Shown piece after piece: positions 21,675 through 33,839 of a stretch of DNA of 64,000 nucleotides. Source of the DNA: Phyllobates terribilis. Taxonomy: Eukaryota. The stretch covers positions 374,790,001 to 374,854,000 of the forward strand of contig NW_027362769.1 in assembly GCF_046119375.1 (NCBI RefSeq), written 5' to 3'. Position 1 is the first letter of the stretch; the number at the start of each line of letters is the position of its first letter. Under the pieces are notes generated by a model that saw only the letters and a program-made list of their open reading frames with translations, ran no database searches and had not been told where the DNA came from. Position numbers and translations under genes: made by a program.

Positions 21675-24257
21675 TCTACTATATAATTGTCTTATCCCGT
21701 CTGTCTGTCTATCTATCTGTCTGTCTGTCTGTCTGTCCTGGAAATCCCGCGTCGCTCATTGGTCCGGCAGCGGCCAATCAGCGCCGCGGGATTTCTGAAA
21801 AAAGATGGCGGCCGTTAGCGGCTCATCTGGCGGATGGAGGTCAGCGGCGATGCAGCGGGGAGATAAGCGGCGCTAGCAGCACAACTACCCCGACCGGCGC
21901 CGCTGACCTCCATGCGGCTAACGTCGGAAGATCAGCGGCTTGGCCCGCTGATCTCCCGACAGCAAGTGTGAACAGAGGACCGGGGAGCAGCGCCGCCGGT
22001 CGGGATGCTTCTGCTGCGAGCAGCCGCTCATCTCCCGGCTTCTCGCAGCAGAAGGAGCCGCACAAGCAGCGCCGCTCCCAGGCCCACACTAATACGACGC
22101 TGATTGGTCGCGGTGGCCGGCCGCGACCAATCAGCGAGATGGGCGGCAAATTTAAACGCCACTCTGCTGATTGGTCGCGGTGGCCGGCCGCGACCAATCA
22201 GCGAGATGGGCGGCAAATTTAAACGCCTCTGTGCTGATTGGTCGCGGTCGGCCACCGCGACCAGTCAGCGAGATGGGCGGCAAATTTAAACGCCGCTCTG
22301 CTGATTGGTCGCGGTGGCCGGCCGTGACCAATCAGCGAGATGGGCGGCAAATTTAAACGCCACTCTGCTGATTGGTCGCGGTGGCCGGCCGCGACCAATC
22401 AGCGAGATGGGCGGCAAATTTAAACGCCTCTGTGCTGATTGGTCGCGGTCGGCCACCGCGACCAATCAGCGAGATGGGCGGCAAATTTAAACGCCGCTCT
22501 GTTAATTGGTCGCGGTGGCCGGCCGCGACCAATCAGCGAGATGGACGGCAAATTTAAACGCCGCTCTGCTAATTGGTCGCGGTGGCCAGCCATGACCAGT
22601 GAGATGTCCGGCTAATTTAAACGCCGCTCTGCTGATTAATCGCGGCCGGCCACCGCAACCAATCAGCGAGATGGGCGGCAAATTTAAACGCCGCTCTGCT
22701 GATTGGTCGCAGCCGGCCACCGCGACCAATCAGCGATATCGGCGGCAAATTTAAACGCCGCTCTGCTGATTGGTTGCGGTCGCCGGCCACGACCAATCAG
22801 CGATATAGGCTGCAAATTTAAACGCCGCTCTGCTGATTGGTCGCGGTGGCCGGCCGCGACCAATCAGCGAGATGGGCGGCAAATCTAAACGCCGCTCTGC
22901 TGATTGGTCACGGTGGCCGGCCGCGACCAATCAGCGATATAGGCTGCAAATTTAAACGCCGCTCTGCTGATTGGTCGCGGTGGCCGACCGCGACCAATCA
23001 GCGAGATTGGCGCTAAATTTAAACACCGCTCTGCTGATTGGTCGCGGTCGACCAGCGGCGACCAATCAGCGATATAGGCTGCAAATTTAAACGCCGCTCT
23101 GCTGATTGGTCGCGGTGGCCGACCGTGACCAATCAGCGAGATTGGCGCTAAATTTAAACACCGCTCTGCTGATTGGTCGCGGTCAGCCGGCGGCGACCAA
23201 TCAGTGATATAGGCTGCAAATTTAAACGCCGCTCTGCTGATTGGTCGCGGTCAGCCGGCGGCGACCAATCAGTGATATAGGCTGCAAATTTAAACGCCGC
23301 TCTGCTGATTGGTCGCGGTGGCCGACCGTGACCAATCAGCGAGATTGGCGCTAAATTTAAACACCGCTCTGCTGATTGGTCGCGGTCAGCCGGCGGCGAC
23401 CAATCAGTGATATAGGCTGCAAATTTAAACGCCGCTCTGCTGATTGGTCGCGGTCAGCCGGCGGCGACCAATCAGTGATATAGGCTGCAAATTTAAACGC
23501 CGCTCTGCTGATTGGTCGCGGTCGGCCACCGCGACCAATCAGTGAGATTGGCGCTAAATTTAAACAGCGCTCTGCCGATTGGTCGCGGCCGCCGGCCAAC
23601 CACGACCAATCAGCGAGATGGGCGGCAAATCTAAACGCCGCTCTGCTGATTGGTCACGGTGGCCGGCCGTGACCAATCAGCGATATAGGCTGCAAATTTA
23701 AACGCCGCTCTGCTGATTGGTCGCGGTGGCCGACCGTGACCAATCAGTTAGATTGGCGCTAAATTTAAACAGCGCTCTGCTGATTGGTCGTGGCCGCCGG
23801 CCAACCACGACCAATCAGCGAGATTGGCGCCAAACTTAAACAACGCTCTGCTGATTGGTCGCGGCCGCCGGCGACCGCTACCAATCAGCGATTTTGGCGC
23901 CAAATTTAAAAACCGCTCTGCTCATTGGTCCTGACCGCCGGCCGGCCGAGACCAATCAGCGAGATTGCCGCCAAATTTAAACAACGCTCTGCTGATTGGT
24001 CGATTTTATCGCCAAATTTAAACAAGCTCTCCGGTCCTCACTAACACAGTTCGCTGATTGGTCACGGCCGCCACCCGTGACCAATCACCGATATTGCCGC
24101 CAAATTTAAACACCGTTTTGCTGATTGGTCGCGGTTGCCGGCCGCGACCAATCAGCGATTTTGGAGCCAAATTTAAACAACGTTCTGCTGATTGCGCCCG
24201 GTCGGCCGCATACATATTCTAGAATACCCGATGCGTTAGAATCGGGCCACCATCTAG
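21675..24257 (+). mobile_element. Non-autonomous Helitron, family 1 copy 1, with internal 67-bp palindromic minisatellite
   Basis: Inserted at A|T with no TSD; 5' TCTACTATATAATTGTC; (TCTG)n; 3' hairpin CCCGATGCGTTAGAATCGGG then CCACCATCTAG. Confidence 0.85.
22095..24205. repeat. About 30 x 67-bp unit, each an inverted repeat GCTGATTGGTCGCGG-loop-CCGCGACCAATCAGC plus AAATTTAAAC spacer
   Basis: 67-bp period is visible in the offsets of repeated ORFs (22104/22171, 22305/22372). Confidence 0.95.
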
Positions 24258-25816
24258 TTTTGCAATAAACATACTTGATGTGTTACGTATACAATTTTTT
24301 TATTATTATTTTTTATAAGCTATGCATAAGGGAAGCATGAACCAGCACTACAGTGCCCATTTAAAGGGAATCTAAGTTTTTGCTACCCTTTCTGAGAGCA
24401 GCATGATAAAGGGGCAAAGACCCCGATTCCAGTGCTGTGCCACTTACTAGACTGCTTGCTGCAGTTTTCTCTGCTGCAGATTTAGCAGAGTTTGGAATGC
24501 TGAGCCTTGTATAACCCCGCCCACATCACTGATTGGCTACTTTCTTTGTACACTGTGCATAGGCAGATGGCTGCAGATGGTGACAGTCACAGTGACAGTG
24601 GGGTTATACAGAGTAAATGATTATGGAGGGCTAAATGACAGCAGTTTTACTAGTCCTCTAGTGATAATCTCCTGCTGATAAAACTATGATTTTATCAAAA
24701 CTACAGCAGTACCATAACACCTCTCACTTACGTAATGTTTGCTGGGTTTCTCATTGAGGTTTCGCTGTATGTCTAGGGAAGCTCTATGTCTGCTTTGCCC
24801 TGGATCCATGGATTACAACATGGTGACATGTCTTGAAGAACATACTGTATGTAAGGAGGATTCCCTCCAGCCTCTTCTCTCATTGTTATTATAATGCAAT
24901 CTTACAACTTTCAAATCCATGTTATGGAATGAGGAAACAATACATAATTGTATTCATTGTGATTTTCCCGTGGGCTGGTGGAGTTGGTTTTTCAAGGACA
25001 ACCTCATCATACCACGGGAAGTTTCTACCGCTTCTTAAGATATATTCACATGACATCTTTTCGACAAAACCGACAACTTTTCGAAAGCGGAAGAAGCTTC
25101 ATGAAAATGCCTGTCACCTTTTTCCTGAAGCATCTTCATTGGTTTTTCTGCCATCCTCTTTGTGGTGGCTCCGACGCCGAGAGCTTTTTTTGCCATTTAA
25201 ATTTTAAAAGCCACCCAAAAAATGAACCTCTTTTAACAACTTCCCAGCTTTGGAAGCCTGAAGAGGTTAAAAGAAATGACAAAGACGGCACATGTGCACA
25301 GTGAGTCGTTATTACATTACTTTGCATTATTTCATTTTTTTTTTGGAGCGCTTTTTCGGGGGGCAGAATCCCCCTGAAAAAGACATTGTGTGCACTTTTT
25401 ATTTTTCGTAACAAATTGGACATTTTTTATCATCTTACCACATTTAGTATTTGGAGAGTTTTTATTATTTAGGGCGTGATAGAAAGTAAATAGACAATTC
25501 ATTTTTTAAATTTAAGCAATTTTTTTTATTCACATAGAGAAACTATTAAATATTTCTGCTTGAGTCTAACGTTTATTCTGAAATATAAAATGATCTGGAT
25601 AGTTAAACGGGGTCAGAACTGGGACTTTGGGCTCAACAGCGGCATAAATCTTTTTTTTTCTTCTTTTTGTTAATTTCTATATTTTGCTAAATATTATTTT
25701 TTTTTATTTTACATTAGGGAATATTTTTTTTACATTTTCCACTATATATTTCTAATATGCATGGAGCCGATATAGCAGCCCCACTTGTATGGGAAACTAG
25801 CCTTGTTGATGTCTTA

Positions 25817-26289
25817 GGCTATGTTCACACATTGCGTTTTTTTTTCTGCAACAAAACCTGATCTCTTGCCAGGAAGGTTTGTTCCCAATTTTGCTTGTTT
25901 TTTTTGCTGCGTTTTTTTCACTGTCCTTTTGTCTCTTTATGCATGTACATAAAGTTCAATGAAAAAAAAATCTCATTCTATTTCATCGGGTTTTGTCACA
26001 AAAAATGCTGAAATAACTGACACCTGCATTTTTGATGCGTTTTTTCAGTGTTTTTTTCACCACCCATTACTTCCAATGGGTTAAAAAAGTTGAAAAAACT
26101 CTGAAAGAAGTGACATGCTCTATTCTGCAAAAACAAACAAACATGCAAAGCACAAAATACTGATGAAACAAAAACCAAGGTGTGTGCATGAGATTTCTGG
26201 AATCTCATAGACTTTGCTGGTACTGTAAAACGCAGCTGAAAATTTGCATTAAAAAACGCATAAAAAATATGCAATGTGTGAACATAGCC
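25817..26289. mobile_element. PIF/Harbinger-type MITE
   Basis: TIRs GGCTATGTTCACACATTGC / GCAATGTGTGAACATAGCC; TTA TSD on both sides. Confidence 0.85.
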
Positions 26290-29200
26290 TTAGTTATCAC
26301 ATTAAGTGCTGGGTGTAATTAGACATCCTAAGGATCGGGCATCAATATCAAAGTTCCAGACAAACCCTTTAATGCTCAATAAAATATGACTTTCATGGAT
26401 TGACATCATAAATGTGCCGACGTGCTGGCGGATGTGTTTAAGGTACTCCAAGAGACCGCGACTTATTGAGCTTCTGAAAAAGAAGGATTCTTACTTATTT
26501 GCTGCAAGTAGCAGACAACGGTTGTACTGTCTTATCTTCATTTGCAGCAGGAATAGCTGCTCTGGAGCACAAACTGCTGCTCTTAGCACGCTCGCTTTCA
26601 GAATTTTAATTCTGATGAATCATAAAATAATATTAGAATTACTTTGCTATTGCCTCCTAAGTAAGGAATTTGGAGTTTATTGTTTCCTCATTATTTCTTA
26701 TATATATTGTATAATTGATGATATTCTGGCAGCAGACAGGTGTTTTATGCCCAGGGATGGAGGAAGTTAGATTCTTATATTGCATGTATATTGAACCTGT
26801 ATGCTTCATGTACTAATTATAGATGTGTGCACGTGACATGAATATTACAAGTCACCACATATGACCCATATTATTCTAACTGCTCCAGCCTAGCTGTCAG
26901 TATGTGGAAATACAAGTGTGGATCTATTTCTCAAAAAATACTTTTCTTTTATGTAATCTTAATTCAACCCATTGAACTTCCATGTTGCAGTAGTGCTTCA
27001 TTAGTGACTACCAGAAACGTCATTTGTCTCTGGGAGTGGTGGTGGTCGGGGCAGGGGGGGGGGCATTAGAGGATCAGACAGAAAAACTCTGATCTATATT
27101 TCTACCTGCAACAATTCAGCAGTTCCCACAGAGAGGGATCCCAATGAAAATATCTTCAAGGAGTTTTCCACTTTTGGGGATAATTTTTGTTTTCTTGCTT
27201 AAATGCATGTATTTTTGGCTAAAAATAATTGTTGTAATTGGGTTTCATTAAAAAATTTGCACCGTTTGCTTTCTATAGCCTCTATGTTACACTGTCTATC
27301 TCTGGCTGCAGAATGGGTTAAGTGAGACTGTGTCAGTGAGCTCATCCTAACAGCCCAATAGTTGAGTTTCTAACTCTTTAATCTGTTGTTTCCTGCTCCT
27401 CTCAGCTGATTTATGGCTATGGATCAAATCATAGCTCAATGATCAGAAAAAAAAAAAGAGTCTGTAAAAGCCAAATGATGCAACATTTTTAATGAAACCC
27501 ATTTGCAAAAATGAATTTTGGCCCCAAGTACATGCATTTAAGTAAAAATAAATAAATAAATGTGTCTAAATCCCCTGCATGTCTATATACCCGGTGGTCT
27601 AGGGCAGTGCAGCAAGAAGAAACAGATAAAGGCTCTAGCTTATTTGCAGAGATTGATCGCTGCCGGTAAGGTCCTGCATCTGCCCCTCAAGATCACTGAG
27701 AAGAAACATTGCTACTTATTTCTCAGACAAGACCGAGTGGTATATCATCTTGGCAAATGTATAACTTTTTTTTGGTACGACTTGGATGTGTCGGACATTA
27801 AGAATCATATATTTTGGCAGTACCCTCCTTTCCCTACTGATGACCATTGATTCACAACAGGAATACTTGGAGGTTGTCATTTGCTCATATTCTCTTATTT
27901 TTTGTTGCACAGATAAAATCTTATAGAATTACTGTAGCAATAACTGAACCTCAGCCCTTTAAAAAAAAAAATCAATACAAAGAGATCACAACATCATACG
28001 TGGTATGTGGGATGTGCTGGGTATGTTAGAATGTTATGTGATCCCCATCTTATAGGCTATCTTCACCCCTGTAGATCCCAGGTGAGAGATATTGTCGTCA
28101 TCTTCATTATCGTGATTTTATCTTTTTATAGAGATGAAAAATGACATGGATAGCACCATCCCTTGAAACGTTATTAAGTTGGAGGGGTTCTAATGGCCCT
28201 TCAGTGATGTGAGTGAATGCGTTCTGTTCGTCCCTATGCTACAATGCTGAAAATGTATCGCCAATAAATATCGGATCGATGCAAACCCAAAAATGTATAT
28301 CTATACACCGACACCGGCTGGTCTGCGACATATTCTTTGATCAAAGGAAGCTGTTTCCTGATGAAGGCAGTTCTCCTCCTCTGCGTAAATGAATTTCCAT
28401 TTTGGTATCTGGTTCCCAGAGAATCTCATGTTTAATTACCTGGACACTGCAGGGGGCCACTGCTTCAATGGAGCTGGAGGTGTCAGCTCTCTTTCTCATC
28501 TCCCTTATTTAAATTAGTCCCTCTGTTCCTAGGTCTAATTAATCCCAGATGTTCAATGTGAGGGGGGGATACCTCCCCTCTCTGGATATGTCTTATGAAT
28601 GTTTAATTTTTCACTATGACATACTCCAAAATAGTACCAATGATAGCAGCAGCACGGAACACAGAAACCAAGCACTTATCACATGTCCAATAACTGACAA
28701 ATACTCAGAAAATAGCGACAACTTTTTTTTGTTGAATACATATTCCAAACTTTCTATATGAGTTATGTTTTATTCAGTTTTTTTTTCAAGATGAATGTTT
28801 TCCTTGTTTTTCCTTTTCTTTTCCACCTCCCTCTTTTTCAGTTTATTTTTACTCCTCCTTTCTATTCCCTGTTCTTTCCTTTCCCATGTCCTTCCTCCTT
28901 TCCCATTTCCTTTCTCTCCTTTTTTCCTCCTTCTTTAATTCTGACTTTTTTCCCTTAGATAGTTGCGGTGACAATTTACACTGTTATTAATGTTAATTTG
29001 TATTGCTCATTATATATGTTTATTATGTCTTTCCCTTCTCCCCAGTTATATGCTAAAAATCCTCACAATAAAAACTATATTAAACAACAACAAAAAAGAA
29101 AATGGTGACAAAAATCAGATTTTTTTTCCTACAAATTTCAGTATTTTTTCACTACTGAAATAGAAAAAAAAATCATAAAACTATACAAGTTTGGCATCAC

Positions 29201-30122
29201 TGTAATAGTACTGACCTTAAACATCGTGTTGCCGGGTCATTTTTATTGCACAATGAACATCATAAAAACCCAAAGATTAATGACGGGATTGCAAAGGTTT
29301 TTATTTTTCTTCATATCATCCCACTTAGAACTTTTTGTCCATTAAATGGTAAAATGAAAGGTCATTCAAAAGAACAACTTGTCCTGCAAAAACAAATCCT
29401 CATTATTGAGCTATGCAGATGGAAAGATAGAAAAGTTATGACTCTTGGAAGAAGGAGAGAAAAATTGCCACAACAAGAACAAAGAATTGAAATTGAGGCG
29501 GCTATAATGGCAGCGTAATTTGTGAACAGAGTGGGGGGGTATAATGTAGGAAAACTGAGGAAAAAAAAGGAGATTTTTTTCAGTGCAAAGTATGTCGAAA
29601 ACTAACAAAAGCAAAAAAGAATTTAGCAACAATGAAGGTAATGTGTTAACTTTAAAATGAAAGAATATATAACATGGGAGTATCAAAGGAGTGATATATT
29701 GATTTCAGAAATATCAGTGATATCCATTGTCTAGGCTCTTTATAACTAAACATGGAGAATCATTTCTAGGATCTACATTTTGGAGTCTACAAATAGTAAA
29801 AAGCCCCCCTGCACAAACGTCGCACAATGAAAGTCGGTGGTTCTTTGATCTAGATACACTAGAAATGAAATTGAACTATTTGCCTTTCAATAAAGCAATC
29901 TATTAGGGGGGTAGACTTCCAAGACCAGTCGAGGACCAAAGGTATCCCTGATGAAGGAAAATATATTTTCCGTAAAAGTGTCACTATTCTGGGACGGGAC
30001 CGCCAGCAATTCTCTATAATCTGAGGGAACACTTTGCAAACTGTTCGTTTCCTCCGCAGCAGAAATTAAGTATTACACAGTCCTCATAGAAGTCAATGAA
30101 CTGTCTGTGGAATGTTTAGATT

Positions 30123-30750
30123 CAGTTGTGCTCAAAAGTTTACATACCCTGGCAGAATTTTTCCTTTCTTGGCCTTGTTTCAGAGAATATGAATGATAAC
30201 AAAAAAACTTTTTCTCCACTCGTGATTATTGGCTGGGTGAAGCCATTTATTGTCAAACTACTGTGTTTTCTCTTTTTAAATCTTAATGACAACCAAAAAC
30301 ATCCAAATAACCCTGATCAAAAGTTCACATACCCCAGTTCTTAATACCAGGTATTGCCCCCTCTAACATCAATGACAGCTTGAAGTCTTTTGTGGTAGTT
30401 GTGGATGAGGTTCTTTATTTCCTCAGATGGTAAAGCTGCCCATTCTTCTTGGCAAAAAGTCTCCAGTTCCTGTAAATTCCTGGGCTGTCTAGCATGAACT
30501 GCGCACTTGAGATCTCCCCAGAGTGGCTCATTGATATTGAGGTCAGGAGACTGAGATGGCCACTCCAGAACCTTCACTTTCTTCTGCTGTAGCCAATGAC
30601 AGGTCGACTTGGCCTTGTGTTTTGGATCGTTGTCATGTTGGAACATCCAAGTACGTCCCATGCTCAGCTTCCAGGCTGATGAGTGCAAATTCACCTCCAG
30701 TATTTACTGGAAAAATTCTGCCGGGGTATGTAAACTTTTGAGCACAACTG
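30123..30750 (-). mobile_element. Internally deleted Tc1 retaining the transposase C-terminus, about 450 bp upstream of NOXO1-B
   Basis: TIRs CAGTTGTGCTCAAAAGTTTACATACCC at both ends; [29 protein letters not shown]. Confidence 0.9.
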
Positions 30751-31139
30751 TATGTGGAGTCCTCCAGAGCTGGGGGTGCTCTTTTTAATTATGATCTGAT
30801 GATGGAAAGTGAGATGAAGATACCCCTTCAGAATTCCTTAGTAGAGTATATGATCGTAGCTTTCCTAACCCAGATTCATACAATATGACATCTGGGCTAG
30901 ATTTTAGGTGAGTTACGAAGTCCCCCCCATTATTACGTCAGACCAGGCATTCTTTACATATGATATTATTACTGCTACAATACATTGTCTTCTCTTCTCT
31001 TTAAGAAATCACATGATGATGAAAACAAGGAATTACCCAACTACCAGAATGTTGAGTCCTTTACTTCCTCCAAGGCGTGATGTTTCTTTCTTGAGTCAAT
31101 AACTTCTGATTGGTGGAATAATTATAACCTGGCGTTGCA

Positions 31140-31211
31140 GAATATTATAAAGAGAGGCTACCACTGTCTATAATCATAACAATCTTGTCGGCAAGATGCC
31201 TCAGCAGACCA
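31140..31211 (+). promoter_or_regulatory. Candidate TATA box and proximal 5' region of NOXO1 copy B
   Basis: TATTATAAA at ~31143-31151, about 45-60 nt upstream of the ATGs at 31196/31211. Motif only; the TSS is not demonstrated. Confidence 0.35.
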
Positions 31212-33774
31212 TGGCCGGGCGTCATCCGTTGGAAGTCAAAGCTGTCGGCGTTCTTCGGAATGGGAAGCGGAAGGTAGCGTATTGCAACCATTTGTTCTTC
31301 TCGTAGCTGTACAGTCTATAGCAACGTCAACAGAAACAGCGCCACCCTTGTCTACAGGTTGAGTCTAGTATTGCAGTTCAGCTCTATTAAAGTGAATGGT
31401 GCTGAGATGTAATACCACACATAACCTGTTGGGGTGCTGTTTTTGAAAGAACACAGCCATGTTTTTAATAATCTTGAGCCTGTTTGCACTCCGTTGCACT
31501 CACCTGCCTCAATAATTATGTCTTGAAAATTCACTAAGGCTACTTTTTAAACGAGTACTCTCTTTTGTCTGCTTACTAGAAGGGTCCTTCAATGATCTCC
31601 TATTGGGACCCCAAGAATTCAGTTTTAATCTATTTTAAATCTTAATTTTCCTTCAGCGCCACCATAGGGGAAATTAGGCATTACACAATATCTATTCAAA
31701 TCTATTGGTTGTCTGTGTAATGTAGCACAGGACAGGTCCTCCAGAGCGAGAGATAGTCTTTACACTGCTCACCGCTTTGACCATGAGATCATGAACAATG
31801 GACTCCCATATATGAAATCAATAGGGCGTATGAAAATGGGTTTCCAAACTAAACAACCCCTTTAAATATGGTGGTTCTGTGAACAGAAACAGAGTATAAA
31901 CCATGATGATAGCCTCCTTGAACCTTGAGGTTGCCATATGCCTACAGGATGCATGGCTCTAACCACAGGACCCCACACATTTTGGATGAAAGTTGGTTGA
32001 ACCTAACGATTTTGGCAGGACCGAGCAATCATCTGTTGTGTATGGGGTCCTTCCTACTCTCCTCCAACAGATGATACCAGGAGAGATAAGAATCATGGAG
32101 TTTTCAGGGGAGAAGTCTGACAGCATCTTTCTTCCCTCTGCCCGTTCAAAAACATCAAATCGATCTTATTAAAGGGGATCGGAGGACTTTTGGGGTCCTG
32201 CCGTTTCTGAGCCTTAATGCAAAATCTATAACAAGACCCCACATGCCATGTTGTGGCCCATGTGCGGTGCACCCCCTAAAGTTACACCCCTAGTAACAAT
32301 GACAAACACGCATAGCCTGCTATGTATAGATCTTGCTTCTTCTTCCAGGCCATGCTTGGACTTCTAGTCCATCAATAATAAAAAAAAATATCTATAAAAA
32401 AAAAGTGAATTTTATGTAATTATTTTTTTCATTTTGACAGAGCAATATCTTTTCAATTCTGTGGTCTGACCACAACGACATAGTCGTCTACCGGACGTTT
32501 GAAGACTTCAAAAAGATGCACGTAAGTAACATTTTTCCCAAAAAGGACGTTGCTCGTTGCGTTGTAGCCCATGGAGCCATGGTTTACATAGAAACCAATG
32601 ACGCTTTTGCTTAATGAGTATCTAATAGCGTTTAGGCGAGGCCTGGTCACGTGAGAGGCCACGTAATTGCACTACAGTTGCCACGTTTTAGTATCCGACA
32701 TGTATCATGTGACCAGTGTCCAATTTTAGCCATGTGTTTAATTTATGACATTTTTTTGATAAAAGGGTTGTTTGCGACACCGGCCATAGCAATCAAAATG
32801 AAAGCTGGACTCTGATTGGTTGCATTAGGCAACAATGGCAAAATTAATTGAGACTTCAAAACTCAGGCAAGGGACAAGTATATCATTTGTCCACAGCAAC
32901 CAGCATTACCCATAGCAACCAATCAGCTGTCAGCTTTTATCTTCCACAGGGCCTTTGAAGAATGAAAGATGTGACCTGATTGGTTGCTGTGGGAAACTGC
33001 TTTACTTTTCCCTGTTAGTAATTCTAATAAAGTCCCCTATGACCTCGTTAGTTTCTGTCTACGTGGAAGATTTTTAGTCTGTATTTCGGTGGCAAAATGT
33101 TTTGGATAGAGCATAAAAACATTTTTTAAGACTCTTATTTACACCCAATTTGACACGTCTAGAGGTGTCCTAAAAAGGGGTATGGCTGAGAGAGGTGATA
33201 AAATCTGCTGAATTTAACAAACTTTTGGATTAAAATCTGCACTATCTTGCGCCAGTCATAAGGAAAATCCCTTAACATGCATCACAAGATGCAGAAAATG
33301 TATTCGCCATTTTTATAAACTTGATTTAGAAAAAAGTGAAATAAATCTTTTTTTTTTCCTCTTCTTTATTCATAGCGAGAATTAAGAAAAAAATTCCCAT
33401 TGGAATCCGGGTTACTTCGAAAATCGGAGAATATGATCCCCAAACTGAGAGGTAACGAGACTAGTCATCAATATCCAAGATCGACTGGTCCCAATCATTT
33501 CTAGGGATCCCATAAAAACAATCAAATTTAGGGGGTTCATTATAATTCAGCGGTCGGCCCCCAAGCATAGAAGGGCCCAGTATTTATGTAGCCCTTTCCT
33601 GGACCCTTGGTGAAATCCAACACAGGCCCCACCTGGCTAAGCGCCCTTTAAAGGGTGCCTAGCCCATTATATATATATATATATATAAATCCTGGCTAGA
33701 ATTTTTCCACATTTAGGGTATGATTTAAAGAGAAAAAAAAAAGAAAATTCTATATAACCCACACACACACAGCG

Positions 33775-33839
<65 letters not shown>

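Noticed and set aside
21841-24215. Many 60-120 aa ORFs (MVAVAGRDQS...) here and at 54600-57300
   Set aside because: Translations of the 67-bp palindromic Helitron array.
24833-25423. Overlapping 95-124 aa ORFs between the NOXO1 copies; possible third NOXO1 relic or transposase
   Set aside because: No recognisable PX, SH3 or DDE motifs in any frame and no consistent splice signals.
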